Below, in pieces: positions 23,201-36,000 of a stretch of DNA of 64,000 nt. The notes under the pieces were generated by a model that was given only the letters and a program-made list of their open reading frames with translations, did no database searches and had not been told where the DNA came from. Numbering within the stretch: the first letter of the stretch is position 1; each line of letters opens with the position of its first letter. Made by a program: the position numbers and the translations under genes. Source of the stretch: Amphiscolops sp. MND2022 (taxonomy: Eukaryota); assembly GCA_964187785.1 (NCBI GenBank), contig OZ076421.1, positions 4,588,001 through 4,652,000 of the forward strand, written 5' to 3'.

Positions 23201-26200
23201 TCACCATTTTAGCTGAACACTTCTTAAAATGTTCAACACATTCTCCACATCAAAATGAATACAAAACGTTAACTGTTGCCAATAAATCCGAAGTACCTAT
23301 TCTTCATAATCTAATACTTACACTCCATACCTCTCTTAATGGAAATACTCGTACCCTTGTTATTCCTTTTGCAGTCGCAAACATTAAATACAACATACTT
23401 GGAACTCCCTTCTTTGAAAAATATGTTAAAACTCTTAATATTGAAAACATGTCCCTCACATTTAATACACCACACGAATCTCGTATTAACACCCTCCCTT
23501 TTACAGCTCATAAAGAAAAAGATTATCCATATTTTTCATATATATACACAATTAATGTTAAAAATAAAATTTATTTTAAACCCAACGCCACTCAAATTAT
23601 TCATTTTCCTATTCAACCAACACTCCCTCTCACATTTAAAACTTCCGATAGTGAAGTTATATTTCCTTCTACACCCCATCCATTTTTTAATACACGCTTC
23701 AATTCCACCTTTAATTTTCTTCAAGTATATCAAAATGTTAACACTGAACCTTCAATCTGTTCTGTTATCATTCCAAATATTACACATCACTCTGCTACCC
23801 TTACTCCTGGATATATTGGATGTATTGAAGTTCCTGTCAATATTCAACCCCTTCACTATAAAGTCAATGATGTAAATTCTTTAATACATACCGTATTTCA
23901 TTCTTATTATCCTGATCTTTCTGAACCAAAACCTCCTCGTAGACGTTCTTCTCTCCGCAATCCTCACGTTGAAATAAACAATTTGCAACCTTTCCAAATT
24001 TTAACCCGACCTCTTCCACCATTACCATATTCACCTGATACCCAACAATTTCTTAACAAATTTAAATTTCAATATTCAGATGTTTCTGATGAAGAATATT
24101 TACAACTTTGTTCCATCCTTGTCAAATATCGAACATGCTATGCAACACATAAAAATGATGTTGGCCAAATAGCTACCCCTTTTAGAATTCGCCTTAAACC
24201 CAATACTAAACTTCAAACCCAACGTCCCACCAAAGTTCCTATTCATTACAGAGAAAAATTGAAAAAAACTCCTTGATGAATTAGAAAAACACAATATTAT
24301 TCGCCAAATTGGTTCCACCCCCTCTGACAAATCCATCTATGGTACCATGTTTTTGAATCCTCTCATTATTATCCCCAAAGGAGATACTATTAAAGTTGTT
24401 TTAGACGCACGTCATCTTAACTCTAATACCGATCAATCTTTTGAATCTTGGCCTTTTGAACCTTTAGCTCCCCAACTTGCACGCGCTAACAAAAAATTCA
24501 AATCCGCTATTGATCTTATGTATGCTTATGCTCACGCTCCCTTAGATGAAGAAACCATTACTTTAACCAGCTTCTCCTCCGGTGACAAACTTTACGCTTT
24601 TATTCGTGGATTTTATGGTCTTAAAGGTCTACCTAATTTTTTTACCAAACAAATGTATTCATTTTTTTTCAAAAACTTATTGACCAAGGCTTTGCATTAG
24701 TTTATATCGATGACAATCTTCTTCTCGCCCATACCAAACCTCTTATGTTAAATTTAATAGAACAACTTCACCAAATTTGTCAAACAAATAATCTTAAAAT
24801 TGCTCCTGAAAAATCCTTCTATATTCTTCTCATTGTCAAATTTCTTGGACATGAAATTGGCAATAACACCATTAAACCTATTTCTTCCAAAATTGATGCT
24901 ATTCACCAATTAAAAACACCTACTTCTAAAACTGAATTAATGCGCTTCATCGAATCAATGAACTTTTACTCTAAATTTATCAATAAACTCCATATTTCTT
25001 TGAAACCTTTCTACACTCTTCTCCATGATAATATTTCATTTGAATGGACTCCTGATTTAGACAAACTCTTCAATCAAATTAAACTTTCTCCTTCCAAAGA
25101 TGCAGAACTTGCTATTCCCAACACTACCCATCCATTCTCCATCTCAGTAGACGCCTCTTTAATAGGTTTAGGCGCAGTTTTATTTCAACCAAACTTCAAA
25201 AACAAAATGCAAATAATTTCATATAATTTTCGTATTTTAACAACCCAAGAACAAAAAATCTCTACTTATGATTGAGAACTTTGTGCTATTGCCTTTGCTC
25301 TTTCCAAATACGAATTTATTATTATTGGCTCCAAATTTCCTATAACTGTTTTTACAGATCATAACCCTATTCTTTTCCTTTTCCCACGCAAAGGCAACCT
25401 AACTTCTAGACAGTATAAAACTCAAATGTTATTAACCAAATTTTCAAACTTGCAAATCATTCATACCGCTGGTACAAACCTTACTGTAGCTGATATGCTC
25501 ATTAGAGATTTTTCAACTATTAATGCTAAAACTTGCCAACTTCACCATAAAACTCTTCCTCCTTATATTGATTTCTTACAACTCAAACAAAATAATATTT
25601 TGAAACCTATTCATTATCTCGTAAAACATGAAGATGTACTCCCTACACAAAAAAATGATTCACACTTAATCTTAGCCGATTATGGTGATGATCAATTTAC
25701 ACTCCGTATCCAATATGAAGGCAATATTGTTAATTATACTCCTCTTGACTCCTTTTCTTTTCAATCTGTTTCCTCATTTTTAAATAAATACAAAAAACCT
25801 GTCAAAAACAAAGTTAAAACTCTCCTTCAAGAAAACCCTCTTTTAAACGAAACTGATTTATATGACACAGACGATCCTGTTCTTAAACGAATTCCTCAAC
25901 AATATTCACAAACATCTTATGAACTTCACACCCTTTTTACGGAAGTACAACATTATTTTAACGACATTAATCTGTCACAAGATATCTTAACCAACTTTAT
26001 AAACTCCCCTCCTATTATTAATCATACTCTTCACAGTAATGCTATAACACCAACTTCCCCAAAAACCATAAATACTCAATCTTTGCCATTTTTTGACCCT
26101 TCCTTCTTGGCCCACCGTAAGGCATTTGACAATTTTTTTTCTTCCTTCTGACACCTTCTTAACATTACCCATCCTACTTCAACCTCAAAAGGATGATCCT

Positions 26201-28127
26201 GTTCTTTCTACAGTATATGTATGGTTAAATTAAAAACAGAGACCTCACTCTTTGACTCCAATTATTAAAGCAAATTCCTTTTTATATACATATTACAAAC
26301 AATTCCAACATTTATATATAGACCCAAACTCTCACCTCATCCAATATTATACCCCCAATTCCCGAATTTCTGAAGAAATTTTTATTAAAACTCAACCCTC
26401 TATTAACCAGACACGTATATGTTTACCATTTAAACTTTTTTATGCCGCATTTAGTAAAACACATTCTCATGGCCACTCCGGTGAAAAACTCTCCATTAAA
26501 ACTTTTAACCAATTTTATTTTATTCCTCACCTTCCTTTATGGTTCTCAATCTTCATTCATGACTGTATTGACTGCCAGACAAACAAGCATTTTCCAATTA
26601 AACCCCAAAACATTTCTCCTCCTCTTCCGTTTAATGAAAACGCTACTCACTTTAATTACCGAATTTCAATGGACACTAAAGGTCCTATTTCCCCATCTTC
26701 TCAAAATAACTCCTATATTTTTGTTATTATTGACGCATTTAGTCATTTTGTCGTTACTAACCCAGCTCCTAACATTACTTCTAAATATGCAATTCAAACT
26801 CTTCTCCATCATTGGATCACAAAGTTTGGTCCCCCTCAGTATCTTGTTACAGATCGAGGTACTGAATATATTAATCAAGATATGGCTCATCTCTGTTCTC
26901 TCTTTCATATTAACCATTCACCTCGAACTCCTTATTCACCATGGACCAACGGTTTGGTCGAAGTCCAAAACCGAAAGCTTGGAACTCATCTCCGGATATT
27001 TTTACAAAACCCTCCTACTAATTGGTCATTTCAAACTCAAATGTACGCATATGCTCATAACACAACACCTCTCTCTCAACTTAAACTTTCTCCATACCAG
27101 ATTGTTTTCCATACCCATCCTCGCATTCCTCTTACCTTTTCCCCTAATCTACCTCGAGATGCTCAAAAAAATTGTATTGCAACTTATTGCGAATCTCTTT
27201 CTCCTCATTCACATTATAGTACTCAAGATCTTAACCCCTTCTTCCATTCTCTTCTTGACAAACCCATCTCCTCATGGCTTTTAGCAGCTGCAACTGCAAT
27301 GTTAGAAAAATATTCGACTGTTCACCGCCATTTAAACCATAAACTCAATTCCCAAAGTTCTACATTTGAAACAACTCACTTGAAACAACTACCTCTTAAT
27401 ACCTTCGTTATTCATACAAATTTTAAACCTGTTAATTTTTCAAAAAAGCTCAAACCTCTCCGAATTGGCCCATATAAAATACTTAAACATCTTTCTGAAG
27501 TAACATATGAACTCCTTTCTCAAGGTGGCTCTACATTTCAAACTGATCGAAATCATATTCTACCATATTACCCTAAAGAACCTATTATTTTCCCATACAT
27601 TAAACATTACCATTCTACCCCTTCTCTTATCAACAACCCTGATACTGACCCTTACCAAGATACCTTTTCTCAATTCTCCTCCTTAGATTTACAACAACAT
27701 TCTAATTCTTCTCAACCTCCTCCTTCCTCAAAATATAAACAATTTAACAGCTCCCCCTTCCATTCCTAACTACCAAAACCTTTCACATTATTCTTCCTTA
27801 CAAGATCATTTAAACCATACTCCTTCCTCTACTAACAAGCCTTTACAATCTTCTTCCTTTCAAGATAATCTTGATACTACAATAGACTCTCACGATTCGG
27901 ATTTTGAAATGCTTCCAAATCCTATTTATTATTCAAACTCCTCAACTAATTCTTTCCCTCAGTTCTTCCCTCGTGTTGCTGATTCTCCTGATATTTCTTC
28001 CTCTCCTTCACTTGAATCCCCAAGTGAATCAACTTACCAACGAGCTCCTCATTCCCCATACAATCTACGTTCACTCCCCCTTCGACATTATAATTCATCC
28101 AAACCAAACATTAGCTTCCCTCCTTGA
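20221..28127 (+). pseudogene. gag-pol: Gag-Pol polyprotein (gag, CCHC, RS-rich, PR, RT, RH, IN), disrupted
   Basis: LTGTASNWYDRL (capsid-like), CSFCHKNNHSVSTC, LLDSGAS, VVLDARHLN, VDASLIGLGAVL, HSHGHSG...CIDCQ, SMDTKGP, VTDRGTEY, GLVEVQNRK, IGPYKIL. Gag ORF 21811 and pol ORF 23005 are in the same frame. Confidence 0.93.
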
Positions 28128-28450
28128 TTAATATTCATTTTTTAAATTGGATTTTCTGCCTCCTATTGTCCTCAGTCTAGACTTTTCTTAAGTCTGACAT
28201 ATGACAATCCAATTAACCACTTTCTTCTAGTTCTATCTCTCCATTCTATCTCAACAAACACAAGCTGAACAGTTGCTTTCATTGAGACTTGCTGTCATAC
28301 GAAAACATAAAGAATCTAATCTTCAACTCTTTTTCTCTATTTCATTCATCATTGTATCTACTTCCAATAATAATCTCTTTTCATCCCTTCCCATTTAATA
28401 GTCATCTTTGAAAATCGTCCTTTGTTTCCATCCTGGATCTCACTGTCTTT

Positions 28451-29773
28451 TTGTCCGACTCCTCCTCTCAAACCTCTTCTACCGTTTCAACTGATACTAT
28501 ACCTTCTTCACAAACTTCTGTATCAACTCAACAACCTCCTTTAAATCCTATCCCCATCACCCCTTCTTTAGATACCACCCCTGTTAATACTCCAACCCAC
28601 ACTCCTCTCCAAACTTCTGTACCTCAACAAACTCAGACTTCTTTAACTCTTCCACTTTCTGATACAGAATTTCCTTTTGACATAACCCCTACTCATTCTC
28701 CACCTCCCTCTTCTTTTCATATTCCTGATCCAAGTGACATCAACCCCACTCTTCTTCGAAATATTAATAAACCCACTCTTCCTCGATTAAAACTTATTCC
28801 TACTTCTATAAAATCTTTTCGCCGTCGCTCCCAATTAGATGCTTCTCTTTCTATTCCTCCACCTTGTTCTCATACTTCTACTCAGTCTTCATTACCTCCT
28901 CCTAAATCTCTTAAAATTCCCGCACTTGAATCTCTTGACTCACTCCAGAAAAAATCAGATTTAAGTGAAATCGATTCAACTACTTCCTCTCTTCTTTACC
29001 CACGCCTTCCACCTTCAAATTCTGCTTCTAAATATACAACTTCTTCCTTAGATAATCTTCTTGACACTTCCTCTGAATCTACTATTCGCCATCCACTTCG
29101 CCACAGATATAATCTTCGTAATAATCGTCGTCCTTCTCCTCCTCTTGCAAGTACTAACTCTTCTCTTTTACGCCACCACGCTCAATCTCTTTCTTCAGAC
29201 TCCCTTTCAAACGCAGAAAACGCTCCTACCTCTGGAATCGACACTGCCTTTTCTCAACGTTCCTCTATTCCTTCTTATAATCATACTGGTCATCTTTTCT
29301 CTCGCCCAACTTCTCAAAATTTCAGTCTTCTTTCATCTGACAATCACTTACTTAACATTGATCTTACCACTGATCAATATTCTACTCCTCCTACACCTAA
29401 TCGTGTCGATTATCCTCTAATTGTAAACCACACACTTGTTAATAGCCCCCGCCAAGATCCTCGCTTTCTTTATCTTGCCACTCACAAACTTAATACAAAT
29501 CCTCATATTTCCGACACCCGTCGTCGTAAAGAATTTCTCCGCCTCGAAGAAACAAGTTTAGAACTTAAATTTGAAATTAACGTCAAATTCCATAACTTAA
29601 ATCCTCATCCCATTCCTTCACATACAACAGTAAATTTTAAATCTCTTCCCCATCCTTTTATTGCCACCAATCTTAGTCTTTTTGTTAGCGATCATCCCCC
29701 ATTTCGTCTTTTACACGGTTCAATTACTTTTCTTAATACCCTCACCTTTTTGAAATACACTGCCCAATTTTAA
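28451..29773 (+). CDS. Accessory ORF X, 440 aa, Ser/Pro/Thr-rich, no in-frame Met
   Basis: Stop-free in both A and B, clearly homologous, C-terminal ~60 aa nearly identical; start is uncertain (TTG in the ORF track). Confidence 0.75.
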   Translation: MSDSSSQTSSTVSTDTIPSSQTSVSTQQPPLNPIPITPSLDTTPVNTPTHTPLQTSVPQQTQTSLTLPLSDTEFPFDITPTHSPPPSSFHIPDPSDINPTLLRNINKPTLPRLKLIPTSIKSFRRRSQLDASLSIPPPCSHTSTQSSLPPPKSLKIPALESLDSLQKKSDLSEIDSTTSSLLYPRLPPSNSASKYTTSSLDNLLDTSSESTIRHPLRHRYNLRNNRRPSPPLASTNSSLLRHHAQSLSSDSLSNAENAPTSGIDTAFSQRSSIPSYNHTGHLFSRPTSQNFSLLSSDNHLLNIDLTTDQYSTPPTPNRVDYPLIVNHTLVNSPRQDPRFLYLATHKLNTNPHISDTRRRKEFLRLEETSLELKFEINVKFHNLNPHPIPSHTTVNFKSLPHPFIATNLSLFVSDHPPFRLLHGSITFLNTLTFLKYTAQF

Positions 29774-29776
29774 AAA

Positions 29777-30928
29777 ATGTTCTTCCTTTTCTTTCACTCA
29801 CTCTATTATTTTCTTTCTCCCCTTCTCTTGGTAGTTTCTCAAACTACTTCATCGTCTGATCATGTAGATCCCAATGATCCTCATATTTCAGACCTTTTAG
29901 TCTCTCACTATGATTGCTCTAAACAACACAATTTAAGACAGTTTAGTCTTACTCGAGTCCAACCATGCGTTCAAGCCCCCTCTGCTTTTGAAACAACACG
30001 CGCTATTGTAAATGTTTTTGTTCGTGCTAAAGCTAAACGCCTTCGAGCTTGGACCTGTGAAACCTACGTAAAACGCGAAAAATTTGTTTGTGCCCAATCT
30101 GATTACAAATATCGTCGTCATGATCGTACGGACTATCACCAAAGTACCATGGAACGTCCTCGTACTCTTCACCCAACAGAATGTAAACACGCTATTCGTC
30201 ATTTAAACGGAACTCATAATCCTCAACTCGATGCTTTTAATTATTCTAATTCTTTTACCTTTTTCAATGATATCCAAAAACAACGCCTTTTAGAAACAAA
30301 ACAACCTCCTTTTCGTATTACTAAACTCAATACTTATCACTACGGTGCTTTTGCTTGGATCACCAATTCACAATTAGTATTAAACTCAACTCTGAAAGAA
30401 AAAGCTGTATGTTGGGACCGCTATGAATATATTATTGAAAAAGATAGTTGGTCTCTCATCGTAAAAGAAATTGAAATTACTTATGATGACAAAGAAAATA
30501 AACTAATATATCATGGAAATACTTTACCTTGTCTCCACGACGATGGTTTCTGTAAACCAACAATATTAACACCTTTCACCATTGTTTGGTTTCCTGAAGA
30601 CCTTTGTTTAATTTTTTCCATTCATTCCTTTATTGGTCGAATGTCTAAACTCAATAACCGTTATTGGCTTGAAACTGAGCATTTTTTTAATAATCATTCC
30701 TCTACTGTGTCAACCAATACTCCTTATCATGATACCAAATCTCAGACACGTCTTTCTCGCTTTGAAATCTTTCCTGAAAACAAAATGTTTTGTAATAAAC
30801 CTACTCCTCTACATCTTACACAATATCCTGACCTGTTTATAACGTACACCGAAGTTTTTAATATGCAAACTGGTAAACCTAATCCTCTTCAACTTCCACA
30901 AGACGAACAATACAACCAACTTTTTTAG
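29777..30928 (+). pseudogene. env: Envelope glycoprotein, N-terminal 383 aa (truncated)
   Basis: Signal peptide, then HYDCSKQ..LRQFSLTRVQPC; collinear with B env until broken at about 30925. Confidence 0.8.
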
Positions 30929-31720
30929 GCGTTATTATCTTGATTGCTGATTGTCTAATGGGTTGAGTTGTTCTAAATCTTGTAAAGTACAAAGTTCAGA
31001 GAGAATTCCTTTTTGCAGCGGAGTTTGAGATGCTTCATCCCCCGGATTCTCTGGCGTTGGGAACCAGTATTGTTCCTTGTCTTCACTTTTGCGATGAGTT
31101 TTGATAAGGCGGCTGGCGTAATGTATTGCATTATAGCCATTCTCTTGGAGTAAGTGCCATGTTGAGACAGGATCCACCGGTTGAATATTCTTCAGTTGTT
31201 CTGGAGTAAGAACCGAGAAATTACCTATATGAGGTCTTTTCTTTATACAGAATGGTTGATCATTCTGTTCAGAATAATTTGGGATTGGGTTTGGATGGTC
31301 ACCCTACAATTAGGTGGGATTGTAATGTCACATGGGTCAAGAATTGGTTCCATGACATTAGAGTATTTGCGGTCAGCTGTTTTTAATTGCATGGGAAAGT
31401 ACGGGAAACTTAATACTCCTTGTCTCAGGTCCAACACTATATGGTTTGGGCTCGTTAGATTTTCCGTCAGTATATCGCCAACTATTCAACACCGCCAACT
31501 TCGAATTTAAGTTCGACTGTAGCTTTCCAATTGTCCATTGGCCACCAATATTTGGAAGTTCGGTGGAGGACCTTCTTTAATGATCGGTTGGGATGTTAAC
31601 AGCTTGATCTTTTGGGGGTAAGACTCTGGTATTGCGCTTGTGAATTGTGAGTTCTCCAAAGTCCGTGGGAAATTATATTTGAGACCTAAATTTGAGGGAC
31701 TTAAGCTGGTTGTCCTTCTG
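30929..31720 (-). mobile_element. Inverted fragment of a family-1-like Gypsy pol (PR to RT linker)
   Basis: EQYWFPTPENPGDEASQTPLQKGILSEL and QLKTADRKYSNVMEPIL match the translation of 1790-2350. Confidence 0.85.
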
Positions 31721-31735
31721 GTGTTATGCGAACAT

Positions 31736-32091
31736 TAATATACCAGATGATATACCAAACATCTCATAACTTATAATTATCCCCCACCCTCTATATGTCT
31801 AGACTTTAGAACAGTGCACCTCATTTCCTTATTTATGAATGTACTCGATTAATATTCTAGATGTACAATGAATTGTCTGACTGTCTGATGTAACTACTTT
31901 ATATTCAATACCATACATTCTGATCTGTACAACACAACTTGAATTGACTCTTCATAAAATAGTTGTCTTCACTCAAAGACCTAATAACTGCAGCTCTATT
32001 AGTGTCTATTAAAGTACTATTTGTAAAGTAAACTAAAAGACCTAATCCTATCTTACCACCTAATAACAAGTAGAACTACAAGTACTTTAAC
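31736..32091 (+). repeat. 5' LTR of copy B
   Basis: Direct repeat of 49657-50013 with about 12 substitutions by manual count; first dinucleotide is TA instead of TG. Confidence 0.93.
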
Positions 32092-32102
32092 TGGTGCGAC
32101 CA
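32092..32102 (+). promoter_or_regulatory. Primer-binding site
   Basis: TGGTGCGACCA immediately after the LTR. Confidence 0.87.
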
Positions 32103-32166
32103 TCTCTCTTTCCGTTTTATAAACTTCTTTGCATCCATACTTTCTTTCAATACTAAGCAAATTTTC

Positions 32167-32371
32167 TGTACTAATCACACAAAGTGATTCGACACGATGT
32201 CGGTACACAACTTCAATCTTCTTCTGTACTAATCACAAATAGTGGTTCGACTCAGTAGTCGGTACACCTTATCTCTTCTGTACTAATCACCTTTTGTGAT
32301 TCAGCTACGCGCTGGTACAACATTCTTTTCTGTTCTAATCACCTTTTGTGATTCAGCTCCGCGCTGGTACA
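32167..32371 (+). repeat. Leader array of four Y-shaped hairpin units (copy B)
   Basis: Units 32167-32207, 32225-32266, 32279-32319, 32331-32371; stems as in A, loops differ. Confidence 0.93.
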
Positions 32372-32511
32372 CTTTCGTTTCCCGTCCCAATCCCTTTCAC
32401 GTCTTTTCCCTCTTACAGCTTTCTTTCATTTTCTTTTTTACTTTCTTTTTTCCTTTCATAATATTTTCTATTTCAAATTCTTTATCATTTCTACCTCCTC
32501 CCAAATTTTTC

Positions 32512-32781
32512 ATGCCTTCCCTTAATGACTCCGTTTGTATTTGTCTAATCCTCCTCTACCTTTTTGGTCTCTGTGCCATTGTTCTTCTTCTTGTTGATAA
32601 ATTTATTATCTATTTCATCCCCCATGCTCTTGAACAATATACAACATTATCTCTTCTTCTTTCATTTATGTTTCTTACCGAAAATCTTGCAACTATTATT
32701 CTTTTTGTCTCCTACATTTTTGCAATGCTAGTTTTCTTAATGCTCCTCATTGAAAAAACTGTAGAATCTCTTTTCCACTAA
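32512..32781 (+). CDS. Upstream hydrophobic micro-ORF a, 89 aa, two predicted TM segments
   Basis: Intact ATG-TAA: MPSLNDSVCICLILLYLFGLCAIVLLLVDKF...FLTENLATIILFVSYIFAMLVFLMLLIEKTVESLFH; conserved in A and C. Confidence 0.78.
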   Translation: MPSLNDSVCICLILLYLFGLCAIVLLLVDKFIIYFIPHALEQYTTLSLLLSFMFLTENLATIILFVSYIFAMLVFLMLLIEKTVESLFH

Positions 32782-32813
32782 CTACTCTCCTTTCTTTTTC
32801 TCGTTCCTTTTGT

Positions 32814-33052
32814 ATGAACCTTCTCTTCCTACACCCCAATCCTTGCTTTGCCCTTTTTCACCTCATCCTCTTTTCCGTCCTTCTTATCAGTGTTCCTATA
32901 TATTTTCACACGTCTCTTTTCTTTCTCATTCTATATCTACATTCGCCAAAAAATTCATCGCTATTTTTCCCCTCCCTACTGAACCATCCGTCCATCCTGA
33001 AGTTATTATGGATTGGATTTGGCTATATTTCAATCCCCATAGACACTCATAA
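32814..33052 (+). pseudogene. Upstream micro-ORF b, frameshifted; TAATG overlap with gag
   Basis: N-half in the 32814 frame (MNLLFLHP), C-half in the 32810 frame (PTEPSVHPEVIMDWIWLYFNPHRHS). Confidence 0.6.
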
Positions 33053-36000
33053 TGACTGATCCCATACAACCCCTTATTCCCCTTCCCTTTGTTTTCAATA
33101 CCTCTCGACGTGTCACTCGTGATATTTCACAAACTCTTACTCAATTTCTTAACAATCTTATTTATAACTCCACCACTCCTCTTTCTTTTGAAACCTACCC
33201 GGAAGATATTTATACAATCCCTCTCATTCGTGAACATCATGATTCTTATTTATACTATTTTGACACCCATTCTCTTGTTGCAAATTCTGAAGAACCCCCA
33301 TTTTCTATTCCCTTTACTTCTTCCACAAATCGCTCTGATACTTTTCGAAAAAAAACATCTATCCTAATATTATTTATATCTCAATTGCTAATGTCTTTAC
33401 AACCTCCCTCGAACATCTACAAGAAAAAATTAACCTTTTACCTAAACATGTTTTTAACCCTTCTTCCATACAAGACCTTCTCCAAAAGGAATCTCTTTTT
33501 GACCTTCCTAATATTGAACAATTTCGTACTATTGAAAATAATCCCCACCATTGGCTTACTACCGATATTCTTCAAATTCACCATTTTCAATATCAATTCT
33601 TTCAGAATCTTACGCTCACTACCAAAACAAAAGAACAAATTAAGATATACTCTCTTTTCCTTCGAAAATTTTTCCGACATAATTACCAACTCATTTGGCA
33701 CTCAAAATTCCAAGATGCTTGCATAAATTTTCCTCAACAGTTTACTCAAAATGAGCTTTTACCTTTTCTCGATACTCTTGATAATCAACACCCTCAGTTT
33801 TATAATCTTCTCGATTTCCCTTCTCCTCATTTTAAAAACCTTGCCTATGACTCCAACAGTCTTGATAAAAGTCCTAATCTCCCTCCTCCTATTCGTCCTT
33901 ATATGCAACAACACTTTATACCACCTTCAACTGATACAACTTCCAATGTTTCTATTCACACTCTCTCCTCTTCTTCAAATGCTATATTAAATCCTACCCC
34001 ATCTTTAAATCAACACACTTCCACTTCTACTTCTCAAATCACCACAACTACTGAACTCCTTCCTACTTCTAACTCTCCGAACCATTATACTACACCTTCT
34101 AATACTCCACCTGCTGTTCCTTATAATATTGTTCAACCGTCCGCTCTTCAAATACCCATATTACCCCCTATTCCTCTTTCTTTAAATAATACTCTCCCCT
34201 CACAGTCCCTCCCTCAAAATCCCCCACCTTCTTCCGCCCATGATCCTTCTTTACTTAATCAAAACCCATTTTCTTCTTCTATACCACCAATTCCTACTAT
34301 CTCTCAAACTATTTCTTCTACCACCCAATCCACCTCGTACAACCCTTATCTTTCTCTCTATCCTACTTTTCAAAACTTCCCCACTAATTCTCTCCAGCCC
34401 CCTCCAAACCCCCCTAATTCTATTCCTCCTACTTCAACATTACCTTTCAACCCTTCTTCTACATATTCATCTCTCCCTTTTCCAGTCAATCCTTCTGTCC
34501 CTTTTGCTGCTTTGTCAGATCCTATTAAACTCTTTGATGTCCTCGACCATACCTATCCTCCTGAAAAATTCTTAGCACATCTAAGTGCACGAGTAACATT
34601 TCAACATGGACCTCAACCTGTAGATATTCACTCATATTTAACTTGGCATTCTCGTCGAATGTCTCTCCTTTATTGTTCCCTCACAGGAACTGCTTCCAAT
34701 TGGTATGATCGTCTCCCACAAGTTTATAAAGATGATTGGTCATCTTTTCTCTAAATCTTTAAGAAACAATTTTATTCTCAAAAACACGCATATCATGCTC
34801 AAATTGAAGCTCTTTCCCTTGTTAAAAAGGATAATGAAAATGTCCGTCACTTCGCGCTCAAGGTAGAAACACTTGTTAAACAAGGTTGGTTTAATGAATA
34901 CCCTTCTACTATTAACCTCAAATGTAATGAAATTTTTACCCGTGGTCTTCCTGAAAAAATAAAAGACTTTGCCAATAAACGCCAAGTCAAACATATTTCC
35001 AGTTCCTTAGAACCATCAATTCCTTTTCACTCTCTAGTCAATATGGTCGATTCAGAAGATATTACTATTGAAAAAATTAAAACTCAAGAACTTTCCCTTG
35101 AAATTAACACTCTCTCCAATAATTTTCAACAAAATGCAACTATTCAAGATCCTCCTTCCGAATCTCCACAAGTTCAAGCAATGGACCCTAACAATAAATC
35201 GAAACCCCAATTCAAAAAATATTGTTCCTTTTGCCATAAAAATAACCACTCTGTTTCAACTTGCTTCCGCCGACTTAATATGCTCAAAGAATCAAAACCA
35301 CAATCTAGATCTCCGACTCCTACCTTTTATCAACATTTTAAAAGCCCTTCCAATAAATCTCATTATCCTCGTTACCGTAGTCGAAGCCACAGTAACCCTT
35401 CCCGCAGATCTTCTCGCGAAACTCGATATCAATCTCGTTCTTATTCACGTTCACATTCACGTCCTAGAGATAATATTAAAACTCCCTCCCGCACATATTC
35501 ATCTTTCCACCATCGTGATAGATCTCGATATGATGGACACTACAATCAAAATCCTTACAAATCATACACTTCTTCACGAACATGTTATAACTCTAATTCT
35601 TCTCGTAGTCCATCCAAATATTACCCTCGTTCCCGTGAACGTTCCTCAAATCTTTCTTCTTTTAATAGATACAATTCTCCGTATCGTCCCCCTTCTGAAC
35701 CACGCAATGATCGTTACCGTAGTAGATCTCATTCAAACTCAAACAATTATCCTCGATCCCAATACAAACCATCTATAAATCTTACACATTCATCTACACC
35801 GCCTCTTCAGAGCAACTCCAATACAGAAACTAATTTTGAAATAAATATGTATTACCCTAACTCTCCATTATCCCAGCCTTCTTCAACTTATACTGAACAT
35901 GCCAACGCTATTACCCCTTCCACTTGGTTTGTTAATGTATACATTTTCAAACCTTGTGAAGATACCTCTATCCCTTCTAAATTAGAATTCTTGTTCCTAC

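Larger units (their letters stand above)
18867..30928 (+). mobile_element. Giant Gypsy element copy A, 3'-truncated within env
   Basis: 5' LTR, PBS, leader array, two small ORFs, gag-pol, ORF X and the 5' part of env, all collinear with copy B; ends abruptly against an inverted family-1 fragment. Confidence 0.92.

Noticed and set aside
34752-34754. Alternative genetic code (TAA=Gln), since many stops fall at Gln positions
   Set aside because: The sister copy has CAA at the same sites, the stops differ between copies, and TAA is the conserved true terminator of ORF a, ORF b and ORF X; simple C-to-T decay explains it.
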